Shown: piece by piece, positions 20,963 to 29,425 of the stretch
Position numbering within the stretch: position 1 is the first letter of the stretch
Layout: the number at the start of each line of letters is the position of its first letter
DNA from: Aulosira sp. ZfuVER01
Lineage (GTDB): Bacteria; Cyanobacteriota; Cyanobacteriia; Cyanobacteriales; Nostocaceae
Assembly (NCBI GenBank): GCA_034530615.2
Contig: JAVRCV020000050.1
Span: 1-52,190 of the forward strand
Length of the DNA stretch: 52,190 bases
Direction of reading: 5' to 3'
Program-made: the position numbers and the translations under genes
The notes under the pieces: generated by a model
What the model was told of the DNA's origin: nothing
The model's input: only the letters and a program-made list of their open reading frames with translations
Database searches by the model: none

Positions 20963-21162
20963 AAGCCTTAGGTTGATAGTTGTTAAAATATGTGGGGGAT
21001 GTTAGTCTCCCAGTTTAAGCGCACAATATCTTCATGCTTGTCTGATTTTCTTCAGACTTCAGACCCTAGAGTTATTGATACACTATAATCAAAGACTTAA
21101 TTTTAGTCTTTATCGACAATAATAAAAGCGGCTCCCCTATACAATAAATATTTGATTTGTTC

Positions 21163-21759
21163 ATGGTTATAGCAGCTAGTGTGATACCTTTCCTGTTCAG
21201 TCCTTTGACTTTAGCCTCTTTTTTACCTTCCCTGCCCCTGGATAGCCTGTTCTCCACCCAAGGCATTATGGTGTTGCTACTGGCGGCTTACGCTGGTGCC
21301 ATGTGGATGTTCCTCACCAGTGCGCCAAAAGTACATACTGTCATGGTGTCGGATTTAGAGATTGCGCGACAGTTGTATGAAGGGCTGCTAGATTTGCCAG
21401 CGGCTGAAGTGCCTTTGCACTACTACTACAACTACGAACAAACCATAGGCGCAGCAGGCATAGACCCCCTTTATATGTCCACAGGCCCCAGTTTCTCTGG
21501 CAAAATGATGAATAATGCTAGTGATGGTTTGTGGTATCAGTTAAAGAAAAATACCCAGTTGCACGTAATTACTGGCGCTAGTTTGGGGGCAAAAAATCAA
21601 CAACGCCATGTTTGTTTTGACCGTGATTGCCTAGAAATGATCCTCCTGCGAGTCGAAACACGCGGTTTGAAGTTTAAGATTCGTAACCAGAAGCCCCTAA
21701 ATTTTTTAGTCAAAGACTATGAAGGGCGAATTATTGAAATGGCTGAGGTTGCAAATTAG
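21163..21759 (+). CDS. Glyoxalase/VOC-like domain membrane protein
   Basis: HTVMVSDLEIARQLYEGLLDL, QLHVI, RHVCF and VKDYEGRIIEM; N-terminal TM. Confidence 0.8.
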   Translation: MVIAASVIPFLFSPLTLASFLPSLPLDSLFSTQGIMVLLLAAYAGAMWMFLTSAPKVHTVMVSDLEIARQLYEGLLDLPAAEVPLHYYYNYEQTIGAAGIDPLYMSTGPSFSGKMMNNASDGLWYQLKKNTQLHVITGASLGAKNQQRHVCFDRDCLEMILLRVETRGLKFKIRNQKPLNFLVKDYEGRIIEMAEVAN

Positions 21760-21771
21760 TAATTGGTTGAA

Positions 21772-21810
21772 GGTGTATTAATTTAACTATTAATACACCC
21801 TTTTAATTTT
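21772..21810 (+). terminator. Rho-independent terminator
   Basis: ggtgtattaat-ttaact-attaatacacc followed by a T-rich tract. Confidence 0.75.
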
Positions 21811-22669
21811 TGTTATATTTTATTTGCATAAAGTAAAATAATTTGGCTATATTCTGGTTTTTATAACTGCTCACTATATAGTTTCTAGTTTTACCTAACA
21901 CATAAGACTTGAAAGCAGCGGAATAATTATTTCAAGATTGCTGAGTGCGGAGTAACCCCCTAGATTTATCGATAAGACACTGCATAGTACCACGTCAGCA
22001 TAACGAACCAACCAAAGGTTTTGGTACTACGCCATCACCAACGCCAGTCACCTCAACAGTAGAACTATCGCAGGGTCATAGCTTCCCTAAACATACTTAG
22101 ATTTTGCAACAATCCAATCAGATTTATATAGCAAGTTTACGAAGTACAAAAACTGCATTTTATAGCCCTACAATTTGCTGTATGTATGGCAAGCGTGACT
22201 AAATATTGGGGAGAATAGATAGCTTATCTTCTCCTAAACTCTTTAATTCTTCAATACTTAACCATCCTTCTCTAATTAATCTAGCAAAAACAAATATCAA
22301 AACTGAATATCTCGTATTTATCATTAATATTTTCTCGTTTATTAGCTAGGAAATCATCCAATTTTCATAGCGAATCAGGTTATAAGATTTATTTACTTTT
22401 TCCCGCATCTTTTGGAGTAAGGCATCACACTCACGTTTGTATGCTTGGTTGAAAGCTTATTTTGCGATTTCTTTCTCGCTTTTCGACCAACGAAGAGTAT
22501 CCGTTTGCAATGTCAGTCTCAAGTTTATACGGTTATCTTAGTTTGTCTCTTCTTAACAATCAATTGACATGGGGTAGCAATACACGATACATCATGAGTC
22601 AATCGTTAATTTGTTTAAAATGCCAAATTTCTTCAGTTGCCAATCTTATCAGCATCAGGAGGGATGAAT

Positions 22670-23638
22670 ATGGATATCAGCTTAATCATATCCAACATCC
22701 TGAATCCACCAATCTTATTTTTCTTTCTGGGGATGACTGCTGTTTTTGTCAAGTCCGATTTAGAAATTCCTGCTCCTGTACCCAAACTTCTATCGCTTTA
22801 TTTGCTGTTTGCGATTGGTTTTAAAGGCGGGGTAGAATTGATTAAAAGTGGCATCACTCAGGAAGTAGTTCTGACGCTCTTAGCAGCGATGTTGATGGCT
22901 TGTTTTGTCCCCATTTACACCTTTTTTATCCTGAAGCTAAAGCTTGATACTTACGATGCTGCTGCGATCGCCGCAACCTATGGTTCTATCAGTGCTGTCA
23001 CCTTCATCACCGCTAGTGCCTTTTTAAGTGAGCTTGGTATTACTTTTGATGGCTACATGGTAGCAGCTCTTGCTCTCATGGAATCTCCAGCCATCATTGT
23101 TGGTCTAATCCTGGTGAATATATTTACGGTAGATGAGAAGCGCGACTTTTCTTGGCCGGAAGTGTTACAGGAAGCATTTCTCAATAGTTCCGTCTTTCTT
23201 TTGGTCGGTAGTCTTTTGATTGGTGTGTTGACAGGAGAACACGGTTGGCACGTTTTAGAACCCTTTACTCAAGGTCTGTTTTATGGCATTCTCACCTTCT
23301 TTTTGCTTGACATGGGACTAGTTGCTGCCAGAAGAATTAAAGACTTGCAAAAAACCGGAGTTTTCCTGATCTCATTTGCCATACTAATTCCAATAGTCAA
23401 TGCAGGCATTGGGTTGCTGATTGCTAAATTCATAGGTATGCCTCAGGGAGATGCACTACTGTTTGCTGTGTTGTGTGCCAGCGCTTCTTACATCGCTGTA
23501 CCCGCAGCTATGCGGATGACTGTTCCAGAGGCAAATCCCAGTTTGTATGTTTCCACCGCCCTGGCAGTGACATTTCCATTCAACATTATTGTAGGAATTC
23601 CGTTGTATCTCTACGGGATTAACCTATTTTGGAGGTAA
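22670..23638 (+). CDS. sbtA: Sodium-dependent bicarbonate transporter family permease (SbtA-like)
   Basis: KSDLEIP, LLFAIGFKGG, YGSISAVTF, MESPAII, SASYIAVPAA and TFPFNI; AGGAGG RBS supports ATG at 22670. Confidence 0.9.
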   Translation: MDISLIISNILNPPILFFFLGMTAVFVKSDLEIPAPVPKLLSLYLLFAIGFKGGVELIKSGITQEVVLTLLAAMLMACFVPIYTFFILKLKLDTYDAAAIAATYGSISAVTFITASAFLSELGITFDGYMVAALALMESPAIIVGLILVNIFTVDEKRDFSWPEVLQEAFLNSSVFLLVGSLLIGVLTGEHGWHVLEPFTQGLFYGILTFFLLDMGLVAARRIKDLQKTGVFLISFAILIPIVNAGIGLLIAKFIGMPQGDALLFAVLCASASYIAVPAAMRMTVPEANPSLYVSTALAVTFPFNIIVGIPLYLYGINLFWR

Positions 23639-23642
23639 TAAT

Positions 23643-23954
23643 ATGCATTTAGTTAAAAAGATAGAAATTATCGCCAACTCCTTTGAGCTTGCCAAAATTT
23701 TAGATACTTTGGACAAGTCAGGTGTACATGGTCATGCTGTAATCCGAGGTGTCGCGGGTAAAGGATTACGAGGTATGGCAGAAGATTTAGACATGACGAT
23801 GCTTGATAATGTCTACATCATCGCATTTTGTATGCCAGAGCAAATTAAGCCTGTTGTAGAAAACATCAGACCACTGCTCAACAAATTTGGCGGAACTTGT
23901 TACATCTCTGATGTAATGGAGATTCGCTCTATGAAATGTGTCGCGTCATTATAA
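23643..23954 (+). CDS. sbtB: PII-like regulator SbtB
   Basis: KKIEII, VAGKGLRG T-loop base, FGGTCYISD; starts 4 nt after the sbtA-like stop. Confidence 0.85.
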   Translation: MHLVKKIEIIANSFELAKILDTLDKSGVHGHAVIRGVAGKGLRGMAEDLDMTMLDNVYIIAFCMPEQIKPVVENIRPLLNKFGGTCYISDVMEIRSMKCVASL

Positions 23955-23973
23955 GAGAGCAATCGGGCATTTT

Positions 23974-24657
23974 ATGGAACGTCGTAATTTTTTGAAGTTA
24001 GGAGCCACCGGAGCATTTGGTCTGATGCTAGCTGCCAGTGATTTACTTTGGCAAGTTAAACAGGCTCAAGCCGCCCCTCAATCCCTCAGTCCTGATGCAG
24101 CACTGCAAAAGCTGATAGAGGGAAATCAGCGGTTTGTCCAGCATCAACCCCAATACCCAGATCAATCAGCAGCGCGATTGCTGGAAGTGGCACAAGCACA
24201 ACATCCGTTTGCAACTATTCTCAGTTGTGCGGATTCACGGGTACCCGTAGAAATTTTGTTCGATCAAGGCATTGGTGACATCTTTGATGTGCGGATTGCT
24301 GGCAATATTGCCACACCAGAAGCGCTTGGCAGTATTGAATATGCAGTCACCCTATTAAACTCACCCCTACTGATGGTACTGGGTCATGAGCGATGCGGAG
24401 CAGTCACCGCCGCTGTCCAAAAAGAAGAGTTGCTTGGTGATATTAGTACCTTTGTCAAAGCAATTAAGCCTGCGGTAGACAAGGTGAAGAATCAGCCAGG
24501 TGACGCAGTGGAAAACGCTGTGGTGGCAAATGTGCAATATCAAATTGAACAGTTGAAGCGATCGCATCTCTTAACTGAGCGTTTACAGTCCAGTAAACTC
24601 AAAATCGTGGGAGGTCGTTACGACTTAGATACAGGAAAGGTGAATATTATCACTTAG
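23974..24657 (+). CDS. Beta-class carbonic anhydrase with twin-arginine signal (EcaB-like)
   Basis: MERRNFLK Tat motif; Zn ligands in CADSR and HERCGA; ATG at 23974. Confidence 0.92.
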   Translation: MERRNFLKLGATGAFGLMLAASDLLWQVKQAQAAPQSLSPDAALQKLIEGNQRFVQHQPQYPDQSAARLLEVAQAQHPFATILSCADSRVPVEILFDQGIGDIFDVRIAGNIATPEALGSIEYAVTLLNSPLLMVLGHERCGAVTAAVQKEELLGDISTFVKAIKPAVDKVKNQPGDAVENAVVANVQYQIEQLKRSHLLTERLQSSKLKIVGGRYDLDTGKVNIIT

Positions 24658-24669
24658 GAATCTAAACTA

Positions 24670-25007
24670 GCCGTCTAGTAAAGGGTGGAAGCTCTAGAAT
24701 CAATGAAAGAATATGGTTTGCTATCTCTCTTTACCCATGACGGCAACATTAATTCAAAGTCACGATCGGGTTTTACTCAATAAAATTAGCTAGCAAAATT
24801 AAGCTGATACGCGCCTAGATAAAATATTTTTGCGTTAGGAGTGTCCAGGGTAAAGAGGAACCAGCGCTGTGGTGTTAGCGTATCAGCTTTGGCATATTAC
24901 CTATTGAATAACCATAGTAACTTACACCATTTTGGATTGGGAATTGCTTTCTGCGTCTGGCTTGGTGGAAATCCATCTGTCGCATGATTTTTTCAACTTG
25001 GTATGAG
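24670..25007. repeat. Cluster of three short inverted-repeat (MITE-like) elements
   Basis: gccgtc...gacggc (24670-24743), aagctgatacgc...gcgtatcagctt (24801-24889), ttacacca...tggtatga (24921-25007). Confidence 0.55.
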
Positions 25008-25567
25008 TTTACTAAGTTTGTGCTTTGATTATTGATAATCGAAACAGCGTAGTTTTACATATATTCTTTACTATTCAAGTCAAAGTTCAGTAATTTTATC
25101 AGTTCTATATCTTCAGTCAATTATTAATTCATTTATTAAATGATAAAAAAATTAAAAAATATAATTTTTTATCAGTATTTACTCTGAAAAATTCAGAATA
25201 ACAGTAGAAACCCTAATACATTAATAACCAAAAAAAGCTAGATTTATTGAATCAATGAAGATTGAATCAAAACGATTCTTTTTCAAAAATCTTATGCCAT
25301 AATCCATTTAACATCTATCAATGTGTACCATAGTTAAGCCAACAAACATTCAATCTCAAAGTAATAAATTTATTTTAGAGATGATTCTGATGGTTAAGCT
25401 TTTGAATTAATTGTGTTTATATCTCAAATGTAAAAATAAATTCCAGTAAGTAATTTCAAGTTGGAGAGCTAGCCCGTGTAGGCAAAAAGCCAGCATGAAT
25501 TGAATGAAATAGGGGTGTAATACCAATTAATAAATATTAGTTCAACCAAGGAATCAGATACAGCAAT

Positions 25568-28500
25568 ATGTTGTTTAAAGAAATAGATTTTAAATCTTTA
25601 CAATCTCATCTGTCTATAGTTTCTCTGCTAGATTTCATTTGTCAAAAATATCCCCATCAAGTGGCACTGGTACTAGAAGATCGGCATTTGACTTACGGAG
25701 AGTTACACCAACAGGCAGAAAATTTATCTAACTATTTGACAGCACAAGGCTGGCTAAAGCCTAACAGTTTAATAGGGCTGTGTATAGAACCTTCTTTTGA
25801 AATGGTTATTGCTATCTATGCCATATTGAAAGCAGGTGCAGCTTTTGTCCCTCTCGATCCCGATTTACCTCGTCAACGGCTTAGTTACATGATTGTTGAC
25901 GCGAAACTAAGCACGGTTTTGACACAACAAAAATTTGCTTTTGATATTGAGCCTGCACTACGGCAGAGTGGTATTGATGGGCATATTTGTTTTTTAGATA
26001 CTCCTGTTGTCTGGCAACAGTTAACTGCACCCCCCATACCACTTCAAGTAGTACAGCCTGAGCATTTAGCTTACATTATTTATACATCTGGCTCTACAGG
26101 TATACCAAAGGGAGTCATGCTTACTCATCAAGGGTTACTAAATTTAGCCTTAGCAAGCTGTAGTACTTTTGACATCCAACCTGGCTTGCGTTTACTTCAG
26201 TTCGCCTCAATTAGCTTTGATGCAGCAGTTTGGGAAATAGTAACAGCACTATGTGGTGGAGCGACTTTGGTTTTAGGTGCAAGAGAGCAAATGCTTCCTG
26301 GACAGCCATTGGCAAACTTCATCGCCAGACAAAAAGTAAATTGGGTGATGCTACCACCTTCCGTACTATCAACGCTAACACCATTTCGTGACCAGCTACC
26401 TGATTTACACATGGTGGTAGTAGGTGGTGAAGCTTGCCCCACATCACTGGCCAAAGCATGGGTTTCACCTTTGTTGGGAAAACTCAATACATTGCTCAAC
26501 AAGACTTGTCCCACATCACTTGCTCAATCATGGGTTTCACTCCATACTCGCTTTTTCAATGCCTACGGGCCTACAGAAATAACAGTTTGTTGCACAATTT
26601 ACGAGTTTCAGCCAGAGGATATTAGTTTACCTATTGGTTATGCATTACCAAATGTGGAACTTTACGTTCTCGATGAAGAACTTAAACTTTGTAATAAAGG
26701 TGAAAAGGGCGAGTTATACGTAGGTGGAGTAGGAGTAGGCAAAGGCTACCTCGACAAACCAGATATCACAAATGCTCGTTTTCTAGATAACCCCTTCGGT
26801 TCCGGTAAGATTTATAAAACTGGTGATATCGTTTACGAAGATTCCCATCATCCAGGCCTGCTACATTATGCTGGTAGAACTGACAATCAAGTCAAAATAC
26901 GAGGCAAGCGTATAGAACTCGAAGCCATTGAAATGATACTTGCCCAACATCCTGGCGTACAAGCGAATACAGTCAAAGCAATTAAAACTGTACAAGTAGA
27001 AACCAGCAATCTGCCAGAAAACTATGGGATTTCAATGCTTGTTGCCTATATCGTTCCCAGAACTGGGCAGTTTCTGACTGAAAAGCATCTGCAACGCTTT
27101 GCCGCCGAACAACTACCAGATTATATGGTACCTGCCCGTTTTGTCTTCATTGACGAATTGCCTTTGCTACCTAACCGCAGCAAAGTAGACCGAAATGCTT
27201 TACCGGAACTACCACAAACACCATATTTCATTCCTAACACCATAGATAACTCTGTTAAAATCGCAGCAATTTTTGATGAAGCTTTACAGTTGCCTATAGG
27301 TAGTTGCACTCCTGACACTAATTTCTTTCATATCGGTGGCAACTCACTCTGCATAGCCCATGTATTATATGCACTCGATCGCGATTTTAATGTGTCTCTT
27401 CCTTCTCGCTTAGTTTATGAATACCCTACACCATCAGATTTAGCACAACTGTTAGAACAATATAAACTCAAAATTAACGATGTAGCTGATGATAGGCAGG
27501 TTGACTTACAAGCAGAAGCTAGACTTTCTCCAGAGTTGCATACATCTGTTTGGCAACAAACACCACAAACTAAATATGACTGTGCATTGATTACAGGTGC
27601 AACAGGTTTTCTTGGGGCACACCTGTTGTATGAACTTCTGCAACAAGGCAGCTATCAAAAAATTTACTGTATAGTGCGAGCAGAAAGCGATACAGCTGCA
27701 ATGACAAGGTTGTATGCAACTTTTATCGAGTATCACTTACCGACAGCAGGGTTAGCACAAGTATATGCGATCGCTGGAGACATCCAAGAGCTACAGATGC
27801 AAATACCAACAGCCCTATTTGACAAACTGAGTGAAGAAGTCAATCAAATATATCATGTGGCGGCTGACACTAATTACATCAAACCTTATTCGGTAATTAA
27901 AAAATCTAACATAGATGGTACTGCTAACGTGATTGCTTTTGCAGCACACCGTCGTCACAAAACTCTGCATTACCTATCTACCTTAGCTGTTTATGGATCG
28001 TTAACCTCATTGCTAGGTATTAATGAAGTGACAGAGGACTTTGACATTGACCTCAGCGCACCAATTATGTCCGTAGAATACGGCTATGTCCGGGCAAAAT
28101 GGGTAGCTGAACGTATGGTAAGAACAGCAAGGAAACAAGGATTAGCAGTCTCTATTTATAGTCCTGGTTTTATCTCCGGACACAGGCAGACAGGAGTTGC
28201 TAACCTCAATGATATGTTTTACCGCTTTGTTAGAGGTTGCATTCAGATGGGCTTGTATCCAGATTTTCCTGAAAAATATTGGACTCCCGTACCTGTAGAC
28301 TATGTTGCTGCTGCTATTGCTAATCTTTCCCTAGAATCAAAATATATAGGTGGTACTTACCATCTTGTCGTCCCCCGTCAACACGAAGTCAGCCATCTAG
28401 AGATATTTGAGTTCATTAACCAGTTGGGCTATCCTGTACAAAAGATCTCACCAAAAAACTGGTTAAATGCCATCTCTACTTTGTCAACAGATAACCCTTT

Positions 28501-28738
28501 GTATCCACTGATTTCATTTCTGCAAGAGAAAGTTTATCAAAACCGCAGCACAATTCTAGAAGTACACCATCGTACTCCTATCTTTAAAATTGATAACACT
28601 CTCAAAGCCCTCAAGGAAGTTGGTATTGAGTGCCCAAAAATGAATAAGGCTTTGATTAGCCAATACTTACCTAATTTTGTGCAAGGGTTATCAAGAGAAG
28701 CAGTAAAAGCTAATACATCATTTATAGAAGTAGCTTAA
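25568..28738 (+). CDS. Stand-alone NRPS-like enzyme, adenylation-thiolation-reductase (A-T-R)
   Basis: A-domain YIIYTSGSTGIPKG, NAYGPTE, YKTGD and QVKIRGKRIEL; carrier FFHIGGNSL; reductase ITGATGFLG and YVRAK; no condensation domain. Confidence 0.93.
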   Translation: MLFKEIDFKSLQSHLSIVSLLDFICQKYPHQVALVLEDRHLTYGELHQQAENLSNYLTAQGWLKPNSLIGLCIEPSFEMVIAIYAILKAGAAFVPLDPDLPRQRLSYMIVDAKLSTVLTQQKFAFDIEPALRQSGIDGHICFLDTPVVWQQLTAPPIPLQVVQPEHLAYIIYTSGSTGIPKGVMLTHQGLLNLALASCSTFDIQPGLRLLQFASISFDAAVWEIVTALCGGATLVLGAREQMLPGQPLANFIARQKVNWVMLPPSVLSTLTPFRDQLPDLHMVVVGGEACPTSLAKAWVSPLLGKLNTLLNKTCPTSLAQSWVSLHTRFFNAYGPTEITVCCTIYEFQPEDISLPIGYALPNVELYVLDEELKLCNKGEKGELYVGGVGVGKGYLDKPDITNARFLDNPFGSGKIYKTGDIVYEDSHHPGLLHYAGRTDNQVKIRGKRIELEAIEMILAQHPGVQANTVKAIKTVQVETSNLPENYGISMLVAYIVPRTGQFLTEKHLQRFAAEQLPDYMVPARFVFIDELPLLPNRSKVDRNALPELPQTPYFIPNTIDNSVKIAAIFDEALQLPIGSCTPDTNFFHIGGNSLCIAHVLYALDRDFNVSLPSRLVYEYPTPSDLAQLLEQYKLKINDVADDRQVDLQAEARLSPELHTSVWQQTPQTKYDCALITGATGFLGAHLLYELLQQGSYQKIYCIVRAESDTAAMTRLYATFIEYHLPTAGLAQVYAIAGDIQELQMQIPTALFDKLSEEVNQIYHVAADTNYIKPYSVIKKSNIDGTANVIAFAAHRRHKTLHYLSTLAVYGSLTSLLGINEVTEDFDIDLSAPIMSVEYGYVRAKWVAERMVRTARKQGLAVSIYSPGFISGHRQTGVANLNDMFYRFVRGCIQMGLYPDFPEKYWTPVPVDYVAAAIANLSLESKYIGGTYHLVVPRQHEVSHLEIFEFINQLGYPVQKISPKNWLNAISTLSTDNPLYPLISFLQEKVYQNRSTILEVHHRTPIFKIDNTLKALKEVGIECPKMNKALISQYLPNFVQGLSREAVKANTSFIEVA

Positions 28739-28918
28739 ACCGCGTCTACTTTAAAACCAATACTTTTCTGTTGATGGGGTTTTGCTCCCAAATCCTATGC
28801 TTTTCCCTGTTCTCTTTTGCAAAACTCCAGTTCTCCGCTTAGACAAGGTTGAATTGTGTTGGTTTATTGCAGCCTTCTCAAGACTGATATTAGGTCTTAA
28901 GAAGGCTTACTCTTTAAG

Positions 28919-29068
28919 TAAGTAGCCCGAAATAATTAATTACACAATGTCATTGCGAAGGTCGTGTTCGCCCTTGCAGTTCCCGCAAGGTAGCAAAATA
29001 TAGGCGTGAAGCTATGTCAAAGACTTGACGCTCGCAATTGACTGTAAGTATTTTTTGCCATCCACTTA
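28919..29068. repeat. MITE-like palindromic dispersed repeat
   Basis: taagt...gtcattgcga paired with tcgcaattgac...actta. Confidence 0.5.
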
Positions 29069-29425
29069 TAGAGTCTAGAAATTTTGTCACTAAGCTATAC
29101 GCTGATTGACACAGGTAAATGGAAGCATCTCATACCAATTTCAAAAATGATTGCAACAAATAGATTTAGGAAACCCATACACACAAGGCAGTTTCTAATC
29201 CAAAATCTCAAATGTTATCACTTTTTTAATCCCTATCCTAGAAGGGTATTGCTACACAAACAAAGCCTGACGACTCAGACTTCGTCTTTAAAGCCAGTGG
29301 TGTGGGCATTGATAAAAACTGGGATGCATCCCAGGTAAATTACTTACTATCTCACTTGAAAAAGAAAATTATTGATTTGATTGAGTAATAGCAAAACTGG
29401 GAATTCTAAACTTACAACATCTTAA

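Noticed and set aside
21950..22090. cccctagatttatc half-palindrome resembling IS200/IS605-type ends, plus a degenerate cgccagtc repeat
   Set aside because: Too decayed, with no tnpA or tnpB remnant nearby.
22462..22824. 120-aa ORF overlapping the sbtA-like start
   Set aside because: Out-of-frame overlap with a well-supported gene, TTG start and no recognisable motif.
25440..25567. Possible riboswitch in the NRPS leader
   Set aside because: I could not build a convincing conserved aptamer fold; an Infernal/Rfam scan would settle it.
29084..29338. 84-aa ORF and the perfect 16-bp palindrome ctgggatgcatcccag at 29319-29334
   Set aside because: The ORF runs through MITE-like repeats, and the palindrome resembles a common dispersed repeat end with no evidence for an operator role.
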